64,000 bases of DNA from Ilumatobacteraceae bacterium (GTDB taxonomy: Bacteria > Actinomycetota > Acidimicrobiia > Acidimicrobiales > Ilumatobacteraceae), in NCBI GenBank assembly GCA_963764455.1, contig CAVXSN010000019.1, positions 3,369 through 67,368 on the forward strand, read 5' to 3'. Position 1 is the stretch's first letter. Each line of letters begins with the position of its first letter. The position numbers and the translations under genes are program-made. Of this stretch, positions 22,038-33,471 are shown piece by piece. The notes under the pieces were generated by a model that ran no database searches, had not been told where the DNA came from, and worked only from the letters and a program-made list of their open reading frames with translations.

Positions 22038-22175
22038 GGCCAGCAGGCTACGAGGCCGAGCAAGAGGTCGGGGCCGCATCGAATGTGCTCGCATCGGCAG
22101 CGAATCGGCCGCGAGCCTGGTGAACCGGCGGGTGCCCAGGTGAGTAGTCGCGGGTAACCAACAAGGGGGTACGAC

Positions 22176-23279
22176 GTGACGGCATTCGAGTCCGATCCGG
22201 TCGAGCGCTGGGACATCCCCAGCCCGATCACGACGACGTTCGACTTCGACTACACCGGCGGGCGCGAGCACTGCTGCGGTTGTACGACAAGGGCACACGC
22301 CGGCAGTGGGTCGGCAGCGACCGCCTCGACTGGAGCCTCGAGATCGACCCGATGAACCCGGTCGGGTTCCCGGACGAGATGCACTCGCTGTTCGGCACGC
22401 CGTGGTGGGAGAAGATGACCCAGAAGGAGAAGGGCGAGGCGAAGCGGCACATGGAGGCCTGGCGCTTCAGCCAGTTCATGCACGGCGAGCAGGGGGCGTT
22501 GGTCTGCACGGCGAAGATCGTCCAGACGGTCCCCGACCTCGACTCCAAGTTCTACGCCGCGACCCAGGTCATCGACGAGGCCGCGCCACGTGGAGGTGTA
22601 CAGCCGGTACCTCCACGAGAAGATCCAGATGACCTACCCGCTGAACCCGAACCTGCAGTCGTTGCTCGACGACGTCGATCAGCGACAGCCGTTGGGACAT
22701 GACGTACCTCGGGATGCAGGTGCTCATCGAGGGGCTCGCCCTCGCCGCCTTCGGGCTGATCCGCAACATGGCCACCGAGCCGCTCGGCAAGGCGATCAAC
22801 GCCTACGTCATGCAGGACGAAGCGCGCCACGTGATGTTCGGGCGGCTGGCGTTGCGCGACTACTACCCGCAGCACACCCGGCCGAGCGCGACGAGCGCGA
22901 GGAGTTCTGCGTCGAGGCTTGCTATCGGATGCGCGACCGCTTCCTCGGCGAGGAGATGTGGCAGCGCCTCGGACTTCCGGCAAGAGGTCACGGACTACGT
23001 CGCCAACAGCGACATCATGAAGGAGTTTCGCGGCTACCTGTTCCTGCGGATCGTGCCGATCCTCAAGGACATCGGCCTGTTCGGGCCGAAGGTCCGCGCC
23101 GGTTCACCGACATGGGCGTGATCCAGTTCGCCGACATGGACATCGACGCCGAGATGGCCAACGACGAGCGGGTCGCCGAGGAGCTCGACGAGCGGATGGC
23201 GCACGTCCAGGCGGTCGCCACCGACGCGAAGACTTCCCAACCAATTGATGCAAAGTGCGACAAATCGGTTGGGACCTGA
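22176..23279 (+). CDS. Ferritin-like diiron protein (AurF-like), frameshifted
   Basis: FSQFMHGEQGAL, DEA.HVE, IEGLALAAF, QDEARHV carboxylate/His motifs. Confidence 0.82.
23235..23274. terminator. Inverted repeat between convergent diiron gene and rel
   Basis: TCCCAACCAATT...AATCGGTTGGGA. Confidence 0.5.
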
Positions 23280-23299
23280 TGCCAGTCGCCGTTCGTCGG

Positions 23300-25515
23300 C
23301 GCCCCTCCGGGACGAGGCGATAGGCGTCGTAGACCGAGTCGATCGCCTTGATCGTGCGGAGCACCGAGGCGAGGTGGCCGGGATCGGCGAGCTCGAACTC
23401 GAATCGCATCTTGGCGACCCGGTCGCTGCCCGTCGTGGTGTCGCAGGCGACGATGTTGACGTGATGGTCGGACAGCGCATTGGCCACGTCGCGGAGCAGA
23501 CGAGATCGGTCGAGGGCGACGACTTCGACCCCGGCCCGGTAGACCGCGGAGTGTCGCTCGCCTTCCCAGTCGACCTCGATCATCCGCATCGAGTGCTCTT
23601 CGCTGAGCGACACGGCGTTGGCGCAGTCGGCGCGATGTACGCTGACACCGCGGCCGCGGGTGATGAACCCGATCACCTCGTCGCCAGGAACCGGCGTGCA
23701 GCAGCGGCGAGGCGCACGAGGACGTCGTCGAGCCCTTCGACGTGGAGTCCGACATTGTCGGAGCGTGAGCGGTGCCGGCGGGGCCGTAGCACGGAGGCGG
23801 GCAGCTGGTCGGTGTCGTCGGTCGAACCATCCCGGAGCAGCCTCGCCACCCGCTGAGCCACGCTTCGGCCCGAGACGTGGTGCTCGCCGATCGCCGCCAG
23901 CAGCGAATCGAGGTCGAGGTAGGTCAGGTCGCTGATGACGGCCTTGAGCTGCTCTGACGACCACATCCGCTGGATCGGGAGGCCCTCACGGCGGAACGCA
24001 TCGGTGAGCTCCTCGCGGCCGTTCTCGATCATGTCGGTACGCCGCTCACGGCTGAACCACTGCCGGATCTTGTTCGGGCGCGCGGCGACTTGACGAACGC
24101 CAGCCAGTCCTGCGACGGCCCGGCCGTCTCGACCTTCGACGTGAAGATCTCGCACGTGTCGCCACTGGTGAGCTGATGGTCGAGCGACACCAGACGTCCG
24201 TTGACCTTGGCCCCGACGCACGCGTGGCCGACCTCGGTGTGCACCGCGTACGCGAAGTCGACCGTGGTGGAGCCGAGCGGCAGCGTGACCACACGGCCCT
24301 TCGGCGTGAACACGAAGACCTCCTCCTGCTCGAGGTCGGTCTTCAGGCTCTGCATGAACTGGGCCGGGTCGGTGACGTCGGCCTGCCAGTCGATGATCCG
24401 GTTGAGCCAGTCGATGTCGGTGCTCTGCGACGCCGTCCTTGTACGCCCAGTGGGCGGCGATCCCCCACTCGGCCCGCTGGTGCATCTCGCGGGTGCGGAT
24501 CTGCACCTCGATCGGCTTGCCGGACGGGCCGATGACGGTGGTGTGCAGGCTCTGGTAGAGGTTGAACTTGGGCATCGCGATGTAGTCCTTGAACCGGCCC
24601 ACCACCGGACGCCAGCGACCGTGGATGCACCCGAGCGCCGCGTAGCAGTCCTTGGTCGAGTCGACGATGATCCGCATCGCGACGAGGTCGAAGATGTCGT
24701 CGAACTCGCGTCCCTTCACGACCATCTTCTCGTAGAGGCTCCAGAGGTGCTTGCCGCGGCCGGTCACCTCCGCCGTGATGCCGACCTCGGCGAGTCGGGC
24801 GCGAACCTCGACACGGCAGCGGCGAGGTACACCTCGCGCTCGGGCGACCGCGAGCTGACGAGGTAGTCGAGCTCGGCGTAGCGCTTCGGGTGCAGCGCGG
24901 CGAACGAGAGGTCCTCGAGGTGCTGCTTGATCTCCTGCATGCCGAGTCGGTGGGCCAGCGGGGCGTAGATGTCGATCGTCTCGTTGGCGATGCGCTGCTG
25001 CTTCTCGTGCGGCATCGCCGCGATCGTGCGCATGTTGTGCAGCCGGTCGGCCAGCTTGATGACGAGCACCCGCAGGTCGGCCGCCATCGCGACGAGCATC
25101 TTGCGCATCGTGGCGGCCTGCTGCGCCTCGCGGGAGTCGAACTGGATGCGATCGAGCTTGGTGACCCCGTCGACGATCGCGGCGATCTCGCTGCCGAAGT
25201 TGCTCTCGACATCCTGCAGCGTGATCTCGGTGTCCTCGACGGCGTCGTGCAGCAACGCGGCCGCGACGGACGTCTCGTCGAGGCCGATCTCGGCGACGAT
25301 CCTGGCGACGGCGAGCGGATGGTTGATGTAGCTCTCGCCGCTCGAGCGCAGCTGGGTCCGGTGCGCCTCCGCCGCGACCTGGTAGGCGTCGTGATCGTGG
25401 CGATGCGCGCCTTGGGGTGGCGCGAGCGGTAGGACGCCAGCAGCGGTGCCAGCTCGGCAGGCGTGGCCGACTCGTGGTGTCGCCGCCAGGGCAGGACGCG
25501 GTCGACGGTCCCCAT
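23300..25515 (-). CDS. rel: Bifunctional (p)ppGpp synthetase/hydrolase, frameshifted; end approximate
   Basis: HD domain LLHDAVED, KLADRLHNMRT, FKDYIAMPK, EVQIRT, TGS VFVFTPKG, ACT DRSRLLRDV. Confidence 0.95.
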
Positions 25516-25517
25516 CG

Positions 25518-26063
25518 CTAGTACCTGGCCAGCGACTCGACCCGGTAGTCGGCCAGCCGCCCGCGGCCACCCATGGCGGCGATCTCGATGAGGAAGCAGA
25601 GGCCGACGATCTTGCCGCCCAGCGTCTCGATCAGGCGCGCCGTGGCCGCGGCGGTGCCGCCGGTGGCCAGCACGTCATCGATGACCAGGATCCGCTCGTC
25701 GGGATGGATCGCGTCGCGGTGGATCTCGAGCTTGTCGGTGCCGTACTCGAGCTCGTACTCCTCGCGAGCAACAGCCCACGGCAGCTTGCCGGCCTTGCGG
25801 ACCGGGACGAATCCGGCGCCGAGCCGGTAAGCGACCGCCGCCGCGGGGATGAACCCGCGGGCCTCGACCCCGACGACGCGGTCGACGGCCGCGTCGAGAA
25901 ACGGGTCGCGCAGCTCGTCGACCGCCCTGGCGAACCCGTCGGCGTTGCCGAGCAGCGGCGTGATGTCGCGGAACGTCACCCCGGCGTTCGGGTAGTCGGC
26001 GATGTCCCGGACCAGGGATGTCAACCAGGCTGAGTCGTGGGTGGCATCCGAAGTGACAGTCAC
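25518..26063 (-). CDS. apt: Adenine phosphoribosyltransferase
   Basis: FRDITPLL, GVEARGF, VRKAGKLP, YELEYG, VIDDVLATGGT. Confidence 0.97.
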   Translation of the reverse strand: MTVTSDATHDSAWLTSLVRDIADYPNAGVTFRDITPLLGNADGFARAVDELRDPFLDAAVDRVVGVEARGFIPAAAVAYRLGAGFVPVRKAGKLPWAVAREEYELEYGTDKLEIHRDAIHPDERILVIDDVLATGGTAAATARLIETLGGKIVGLCFLIEIAAMGGRGRLADYRVESLARY

Positions 26064-26161
26064 GTATTCACGTTACAGGGACCCAGGCGATCGACCGCTC
26101 GCCCCAGGCAGTGCTGCTCCGCCCGGCTGGTCCGGCGGGCTCGGTCGCCACGGTCCGGCGC

Positions 26162-27503
26162 TCAGTGACGCTTCTTCTTGCGCGGGCGGGCCGCCCTTCC
26201 GAGCAACTGTTCGGTGGTGGCGTCCGGCGGCAGGAGTGACGACTGGGGGCGCTCGGCGACAAGCGTGTCACCGGACTCGCTACTCGCCGGCGAACTGGTC
26301 GACTCGAGCGGACGACGTTCGGCTCGACCGGCGGCGGCTCGTCCGCGGTGCGAGCACGCCGACGCCCCGAACCACGACCGTGCGGAGCTCCTCGCCCGTG
26401 AGGTGGTCGACCTCGCCGGCGCCGACCGCGGCCCCGCGCATCGAGCGCTTCAGCATCCCGAGGATCGGCGTCGCGATGAAGATGGACGAGTACGCGCCGG
26501 TCAGCATGCCGATCAGCAGGGCGATGGCGAACTCCCGCAGCGTGATCTGGCCGAGCAGGCCCGCGCCGATGATCAGGAGCGCGAGACCGGCAGGATCGCC
26601 GCGATCGACGTGTTCAGCGAGCGCATCAGCACCTGATTCGCCGAGACGTTCACGAGATCGGCGGCCGAGAGTCCGGCGGCGGCGACCCGGCGCTCGTTCT
26701 CACGCACCCGGTCGAACACGACGATCGTGTCGTACAGCGAGTAGCCGAGGATCGTCGAGGAACGCGATGACGGTCGGCGGCGTGACCTCGAACCCGAAGA
26801 GCGAGTAGATGCCGGCGCGAGACGACAACGTCGTGGAGCATCGCGAGGATCGCCGCGACGGCCATCCGCCACTCGAACCGGATCGCGATGACCACGGCGA
26901 TGAGCGCGAGGAAGACGATCAGCGCCGTGACCGCCTTGCGGGTGATCTGCTCGCCCCAGCTCGACGACACCGACGCCACGCTGATCTCGGACGGGTCGAC
27001 GCCGGCGGCCTCGGCGAGCGCCTCTTGCACGGCGATCCTGACTTCCTCTGGCTCGTCCTCGATCTGCACCTTGACGATGTCGCCGCTGCTCGATCGGCGC
27101 TCCTCGACCTTGGCGTGGGTGCCGTCGACACCGTTGTCGTCGAGCACGGCCCGGATGTCGTCGGTCGAGAGGTCGCTCGCCGGCACGTCGTACGCCACGC
27201 CACCCTCGAAGTCGATGCCGAGGTTGAGCTCGCGCGTGGACAGCGAGATCACGCTCACGACGACGAGCAGCGATCGACACTCCGAGCCCCCACCAACGGC
27301 GACCCCAGAAGTCGACAGCAGTCTGGCCGAGGAACAGCCGCTTCAGCGGCTTCCGGCGATGCGCTGCCCGTACGCCACCGGCTCATCGGCGTCGGCGCGC
27401 GTCGCTGCGGCGTTGGTGTATCGGCTCCGGGGTCTCGGGAGCTCGAGCCCGGGCAGTTCGCCAGGCCGACTTCCTCGTCGCCCTGATCGTTCACGAAGCT
27501 CAT
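26162..27503 (-). CDS. secF: Protein translocase subunit SecF, frameshifted
   Basis: LNLGIDFEGG, IRFEWRM, LHDV, ILGYSLYDTIVVFDRVREN, RSLNTS, GAYSSIFIATP; basic tail RPRKKKRH*. Confidence 0.92.
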
Positions 27504-29270
27504 CGGTAGCTCCTTCAGCCCGAACGTGTCGCCACGGTCGAGCCATCCCGACTCGGCGAGCAGCCCAACGGCCGGCCGGGTGAAGAAGAAGCAGACGATC
27601 AGGTCACACACCGTGGTGACCCCGAGGTACAAGGCGAAGCCTCGCACCGAGCCGACGCTGAGGAGGAACAGGACCACGGCCGCGATGAGCGCGACGAGGT
27701 CGGCGGCGACGATCGTGCGCCACGTGGCCTTGAAGCTCCGCAGCGCAGAGTTGCGAATCGTGCGCCCGTGGCGCACCTCCTCCTTCATCCGCTCGAAGTA
27801 CACGACGTAGGTGTCCACGGTGACCCCGATGGCGACGATGATGCCGGTGACGCCAGCCAGCGTGAGGGCGTAGTTCGTCGGTCTCCGAGATGATCGTCGA
27901 AGCCGAGTAGATCAACATGCCCCAGACGGCGATGCCGGCGACGACGACGAGGATCAGCCGCCGGTAGAAGTAGGCGAGCAACGACAGCACGAGGACGACG
28001 CCGGCGAGTCCGGCGAGGATCGCCGCCGTCATCGAGTCCTAGCCGAGGGTGGCTGACACGGTCTGCACCGTCTCGGCATGCACCTGGACCGGGAAGGCGC
28101 CACGGTCGAGCACGCGAGCCAGCGACCTCGCCTCGGACTCGCCGAAGCTGCCCGTGATCGACACCCTGCCGTCGGAGAAGTTCGGGTCGTTGACCCGCGG
28201 GTACGTGACGATCTCGTCGTCCATCACGATCGCGAGTTGGCCGGTCGGGCAGGTCTGCCCGCCCTGCAGCGGATCGTTGAAGCACTGGCCGGCGATCGAT
28301 CTGAACGTGCCGGCGCCTTCGTCCGAGAGCGTGACGGTGACCATCCAGCCGCCGGTGTTGTCGAGGACGGCCTGAGCGGAGTCCTTGGCGAACACGAAAC
28401 CGCCCGCCTCGCCGTTGGGTCCGCGCTGGACCGGACCCACCATGCACACGAGCCCGTCGCGCGTCGGGAGCTCGACGAACGTGTCGTCGGACGACGGCGG
28501 CGGCGGCGCGTACGGCGAATCGGGAATCGTGTCCATCGGGTTGTCACCGAGCGGACCGAGCGGGACGGTCGTCGTGGTGGTCGTCTCCGCGACCGTCGAC
28601 TCGGTGGGCTCGGAGCTCGTGGGCTCGGTCGACTCGGTCGGCTCCGTGGACCCGTTCGGTTCGGTCGACTCGGCGATCGAGCTGTCCGGTGCCGAGTCGT
28701 CGACCCCTGATGGTCGGCGGAATCCCGCCGGCTCGGTGGCGTCACCGGCTGACGTCGGCGGAGCTTCGCTCGTCGCCGGCGCGTCGGTCAGCTCGCTCGC
28801 CGACGCCGCTGCTCGCCTCGGACGACGGCACCGCGGTGGTCTCGGACACCGAGGACGACGCCAGGTCGGTGGTCTCAGGGACCGAGGACGACGCCACCGC
28901 ATCCGGGTCGACCGGCGGCTGGCACGGCGACATGACCGGCCGCAGCGACACGATGCCAGCCACGTCAACGGCATCGAGCGCCTGACGCTGATCCTTCACC
29001 CCCGGAAGGTCGACGACGATGTTCTCGCCTTCGACCCGCACGTCCGGTTCGGCGATGCCGCGGCTCTCGAGCTCGTCGCGGATCAGGTCGCGGATGAACG
29101 TCAGGTCGTCCGCCGACGCGTCCTCGTCCGGAGCGAGGACGACCGAGACCCCGCCCTGGAGGTCGAGGCCGAGCACCGGCTCGTTGCGCGCGGAGCAGGT
29201 TGATTCCGAGGAACAGTGCGGCGACGGTGACGATCCCGATCAGCGAGATCCAGAGGCGGCGGCGAATCAT
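27500..29270 (-). CDS. secD: Protein translocase subunit SecD, frameshifted
   Basis: LGLDLQGG, IVVDLPG, LAIVMD, VSATLG, VVYFERMKEE, GSVRGFA. Confidence 0.92.
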
Positions 29271-29803
29271 TCGTCGACGGGTTCTGCGGTCTCGGCGTTG
29301 TCCGTCGTGGTTGCCTTCGATCCACCCTTGAGCGTCGGCCGGCTGCTCCCCTCCGATCGGCTGCTCCCCTCGGATGCGGACGCCGGCGCATCGGCCGCGC
29401 CTGACGTGGGAACCTTGCCGGAGATGCCGGCGCGGGTGACCCGGATCTGGACGTCGTCATCGACCTCGACCCAGACGACGTCGCTGCCCTCCTCGAACCC
29501 GGTGATGAACCCGTACATGCCGGACGTGAGGAGCACCTCGTCGCCGACCTCGACCGAGCGCTGGACGGACTGCTGCTGCTTCATCATCCGGCGGCGGGGC
29601 CGGATGAGCAGGAAGTACATGGCAACGGGGATGAGGATGAAGATTCCCAGCTGCAGGATCACTCCTGTCGCGCTGACGTCGTCCTCGTCCGACTCGGACG
29701 GTTCGGACGTCTCGGTCGCCGCTCCCTCCGTGTCGACGGGCGTGGAAGCGATGAACTCGGCCTCGGCGGCGAGGTGGTCCGGAAAGGAAAGGAGTAGGTG
29801 CAT
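29267..29803 (-). CDS. yajC: Preprotein translocase subunit YajC
   Basis: MYFLLIRP..., GDEVLLTSGMYG; directly upstream of secD. Confidence 0.92.
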   Translation of the reverse strand: MHLLLSFPDHLAAEAEFIASTPVDTEGAATETSEPSESDEDDVSATGVILQLGIFILIPVAMYFLLIRPRRRMMKQQQSVQRSVEVGDEVLLTSGMYGFITGFEEGSDVVWVEVDDDVQIRVTRAGISGKVPTSGAADAPASASEGSSRSEGSSRPTLKGGSKATTTDNAETAEPVDE

Positions 29804-29874
29804 GTCAGTGTGAGATCCCAATCAGTCCGGCCAGGTCCTCGGTCCGGAGCGTCGGAGAGCCTAGCCAGCGACCT

Positions 29875-30973
29875 CTAGTCCCACACCGACAGGACGTCGC
29901 GCCGGAACCGGTCGTAGCGCAGCTCGACGATCGCCCGCCGCGCCCGTTCCATCAGGGCGAGGGTCCAGGCAACGTTGTGGAGGCTCACGAGCCGGGACGC
30001 CGACGGCTCGGCAACGCTGAAAAGATGGCGGATGTAGCCGCGGCGTGTGGCGCGTGCAGACGTCGCAGGCACACGTCTCGTCGATCGGTGTGTCCTCGTC
30101 GCGATGACGCGCCGCCTTCACATGCAGCTTGCCCGCGTTCGTCAACGCCGTGCCGTGACGGCCGAGCCGGGTCTGCATGACGCAGTCGAATTGGTCGATC
30201 CCGAGCGCGATCGCCTCGACCAGCGACGCCGGATCGCCCACGCCCATCAAGTACCGCGGCCGGTCGGTCGGCAGCTCCCCCGTCGCCGCATCCAGTGCGG
30301 GGAGCATCTCGGCGCGGGTCTCCCCGACCGACAGCCCCCCGATGCCGTAGCCGTCGAAGCCGAGCTCGGCGGTCTCGACCGCGCTCTGACGGCGCAGTCC
30401 CGGATCGGTGCCACCCTGCACGATCCCGAACAGCGCCTGATCGTCGCGGGTGTGGGCGGCGCGGGCCCGGGCAGCCCACAGCGCGGTGCGCTTCACGGCC
30501 AGCTCGATCACGTCGGGCTGGCTCGGCAGCGGCGGGCACACGTCGAGCACCATCTGGATGTCGGCGCCGAGCAGCTGCTGGGTGGCCACCGCGCCTTCTG
30601 GCGTGAAGCGATGGGTCGTGCCGTCGTACGTGCTGCGGAACGTCACGCCGTCGTCGTCGACCTTCGGCTCCAGCGAGAAGACCTGGAAGCCACCGGAGTC
30701 GGTCAGCGTCAGGCCGTTCCAGCCGGCGAACGGTCCGAGCCCGCCGAACCGGGCGACGACGTCGGCGCCTGGCCGCAGCATCAGGTGATAGGTGTTGCCG
30801 AGGACGATCTGGGCGCCGAGACTCTCATAGTCGGCAGCGCTCAGGTACTTGACCGCTCCCCGGGTCCCGACCGGCATGAAGCATGGCGTCGTGTACGTGC
30901 CCCGCGCGGTCGTCGCCACGCCGGCGCGCGCCGCGCCGTCGCGGGCGAGCGTCTCGAACCGGACCGGGTGCAT
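29875..30973 (-). CDS. tgt: tRNA-guanine transglycosylase (indel near C-terminus)
   Basis: TPCFMPVGT, NTYHL, TDSGGFQVFSL, GIVQGG, YLMGVG, FDCV, zinc site CACDVC. Confidence 0.96.
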
Positions 30974-31115
30974 CCCGGTCAACGTACTGGGGTAAGCCAC
31001 CGAGCGAGTCCACGCTCTGCGTCGCGACGGGCTCGCTGGGGTGCGACCACCGGTCGGCCAACCGGCGTGCGGCGCCCTCCGCGACCAACCGTGTCGGTGA
31101 TCCGAGCCGTTCCCA

Positions 31116-31196
31116 ACCCGAGTGCTGAAGCGCACCCGAGTGCGGGCGGTACCGACGGGGGTCCTGCGGCACTCGGGCGCGTTCCGGCACTCGGGT
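31116..31196. repeat. REP-like nested inverted repeat (four CCCGAGTGC units)
   Basis: 28-bp arms 31116-31143 and 31169-31196, 24/28 complementary. Confidence 0.7.
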
Positions 31197-31197
31197 G

Positions 31198-32208
31198 TCA
31201 GGCGTGCCGATCGAGGAGCATGGCGTCGCCGAAGGAGAGGAAGCGATAGCCGTCGGCGGCGGCCTCTGCGTAGAGGCGGCGCCAGCGGGGGCCGACGAAC
31301 GCCTCGATCATCATCAGCAGCGTCGTGCGCGGCATGTGGAAGTTCGTCATCAGCAGGTCGACGACATCGATGTTGCAACCGGCATGGAGGAACAGCTCGG
31401 TTCGACCCTCGAGCATGCCCGTCGCGGCCACGCTCTCCAACGCTCGCACCGATGTCGTGCCGACGGCCACCACTCGTGTTGCGTCCTGCGCCGCATCCCA
31501 AGCCGCCGCCGGGACCCGGTAGCGCTCGCTGTGCATGCGGTGAGTCAGCGGGTCGTCCTCGGTGACCGGCGCGAACGTGTCGAGTCCGACGAAGAGCTCG
31601 ACGGTGGCGGTCTCGATGCCCCGCTCACGGAGCCCGTCGAGGACCCGTTGGGTGAGATGGAGCCCGGCCGTTGGCGCAGCCGCAGACCCGGGCTCGTTGG
31701 CGTAGACGGTCTGGTACCGCTCAGGGCGATTGAGCTTCCTGTGGATGTACGGCGGGAGTGGCATCTCGCCGAAGGCGCCGAGGATGTCGAGCGGATCGCC
31801 TTCCCCGAGCAGCGTCACCTCGAACGTGTCGCCGGCCGCCGTTCGACCCGCGACCTCGATCAACGGCGTGCCGTCGACCGCAGCGAGCTGCTCGCCGGAC
31901 TTCAGCCTCCGCGCCGGCCGGACGAGCGCCTCCCAGACCCGGCGATGCGCATCGCGGGGTTCGAGCAGCAGCACCTCGCTCGCTCCCCCGGTCGACCGGA
32001 GCAAGCGCAGGCGGGCGGGGATGACCCTGGTCTCGTTGACGACCAGCAAGTCGCCGGGTTCGAGGAGCTCGGGAAGATCGGTCACGTGGCGATGTGCCGC
32101 CTCACGGTCCCCCCGATCGACGAGCAGCCTGGCCGCGTCGCGCGGTTCGATCGGCACTTGGGCGATGCGTGCCTGGTCGAGCGGGTAGTCGAGATCCTCC
32201 AGGCGCAC
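31198..32208 (-). CDS. queA: S-adenosylmethionine:tRNA ribosyltransferase-isomerase
   Basis: NETRVIPARL, MPLPPYI, YQTVYA, AAPTAGLH, VGTTSVRALES, TNFHMP, YRFLSFGDAM. Confidence 0.97.
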   Translation of the reverse strand: MRLEDLDYPLDQARIAQVPIEPRDAARLLVDRGDREAAHRHVTDLPELLEPGDLLVVNETRVIPARLRLLRSTGGASEVLLLEPRDAHRRVWEALVRPARRLKSGEQLAAVDGTPLIEVAGRTAAGDTFEVTLLGEGDPLDILGAFGEMPLPPYIHRKLNRPERYQTVYANEPGSAAAPTAGLHLTQRVLDGLRERGIETATVELFVGLDTFAPVTEDDPLTHRMHSERYRVPAAAWDAAQDATRVVAVGTTSVRALESVAATGMLEGRTELFLHAGCNIDVVDLLMTNFHMPRTTLLMMIEAFVGPRWRRLYAEAAADGYRFLSFGDAMLLDRHA

Positions 32209-32247
32209 ATGGAAAGGCTACGGACGTGCCGATCGCGGCGGGCGCGG

Positions 32248-33003
32248 CTATGGAGCAGGGGCCACGCAGCTCAGCTTGACGTCAACCGTGCCGCCGTCGA
32301 GGTTGTTCACCGGGTGCGTGAACTCGATCATGTGGGTGGTCTCCGGTCCCGGCGGGACGGTCTTCAGCCGTTTGATCGTGAGGTCCTTGTCCTCGATCCT
32401 GCGCCTGACTCCTTTGCTGTCGACGACGATGACCTCGACTGTGCAGGTGCGATCCGGCGGCAGGTCGCTGACGGTCAGGATCCACCGATCCCTGCCGTTC
32501 ACCCTCCCGTTGCTCTCCAACTCCCACGAGCTTCCGCACGGGCCCTTGCCCTGGTCCTTGAACGGGGTGAACGGGATGTTGAGCTTGGGGATCGTGAAGC
32601 GGTAGACCTCACGGGGCGGCGGCGCGGGATCGACCGATACCTCCTGCCGGTCGGTGCGCAGCCCGTACCCCGACGCATGCGCCGCCGACGAGTCCGATTC
32701 GACCACGCTGGAGACGACAACCGATTCCGTGGTCGGTGCGGCCTGCGCCGCTTCCGATGTCGACGTGACCACTTCGGTCGTCGGCGCCGGCTCGCTCGCC
32801 GGCGCGGGCTCGCTGGTCGGCGGGGGCTCGGTGGTCGGCGCCTGCTCGGTGGTCGGCGCCGGCTCGTCGACCGGCACGGTTGCCGTTGGACCGTCGCAGA
32901 CCGATGCGGCGGCGCCGCCGGTCGCTGCCGACGTGATGGCCGGGACCAGTGGGAACGCTGCGACCAGCCCGCTCACCATCAACACGCGTCGTTGCCTTCT
33001 CAT
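32248..33003 (-). CDS. Hypothetical secreted protein with EPAPTT repeats and C-terminal beta-rich domain
   Basis: Signal peptide, Pro/Thr linker, Cys-containing C-terminal domain; RBS AAGGAG. Confidence 0.6.
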   Translation of the reverse strand: MRRQRRVLMVSGLVAAFPLVPAITSAATGGAAASVCDGPTATVPVDEPAPTTEQAPTTEPPPTSEPAPASEPAPTTEVVTSTSEAAQAAPTTESVVVSSVVESDSSAAHASGYGLRTDRQEVSVDPAPPPREVYRFTIPKLNIPFTPFKDQGKGPCGSSWELESNGRVNGRDRWILTVSDLPPDRTCTVEVIVVDSKGVRRRIEDKDLTIKRLKTVPPGPETTHMIEFTHPVNNLDGGTVDVKLSCVAPAP

Positions 33004-33141
33004 GGTTGCTCTCCTTGCGTCGCATCGCGGCTCCGGGTGAGCTGCTGATGTCATCGGCTTATGCGCCGAGCCGAGACCGCGTCACGCCGGACTTGTGGCA
33101 ATCGCGTGACACTGCAATGTGACGAGGAGTTCTGCCGCCTG

Positions 33142-33471
33142 TCAGCGTGTTGAGCGGCGCTGCAGCCGAGCGCTACGCAGGTCCCAGGACTCCCCGGCAT
33201 CGAGCAGCCAGCTCACCGCTTCGGCCAGCCGAGCGGTGGTCGCTCGGTACTTCACCTCGCGCCCTGAGCGTTCGGCGGCGACCAGCCCGGCGTCCTCCAG
33301 CGCCTTGAGGTGCTTGACGATCGCTTGGCGTGAGATCGAGGCGTCGGCGGCGAATTGGGTTGCGGTACGCGGTCCGTCGTGGACGAGCGATTGCAGCAGA
33401 TCACGACGGGTCGGGTCGGCGAGAGCGATGAACAGTTCGTCGAGCGGCCGTCGCGAGCCCGCGGCGTTCAC
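33142..33471 (-). CDS. ArsR/SmtB-family transcriptional regulator
   Basis: FIALADPTRRDLL, ISRQAIVKHLKALEDAGLV..ERSGREVKY; GTGA overlap with the SRPBCC stop. Confidence 0.92.
   Translation of the reverse strand: MNAAGSRRPLDELFIALADPTRRDLLQSLVHDGPRTATQFAADASISRQAIVKHLKALEDAGLVAAERSGREVKYRATTARLAEAVSWLLDAGESWDLRSARLQRRSTR

Noticed and set aside
18934-25515. Programmed frameshifting or pseudogenisation of aspS, hisS and rel
   Set aside because: Essential genes, indels scattered without slippery-site signatures, same pattern across the window.
27255-27818. Apparent in-frame SecD-SecF fusion
   Set aside because: The junction GAGCTACCGATGAGC becomes a normal ATGA overlap with one base removed; not distinguishable from error without polishing.
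31195-33048. Long antisense or alternative-frame ORFs (e.g. 617 aa here, 452 aa at 46910-48268, 522 aa at 41547-43115)
   Set aside because: Shadow ORFs expected in high-GC DNA opposite real genes; no recognisable motifs.
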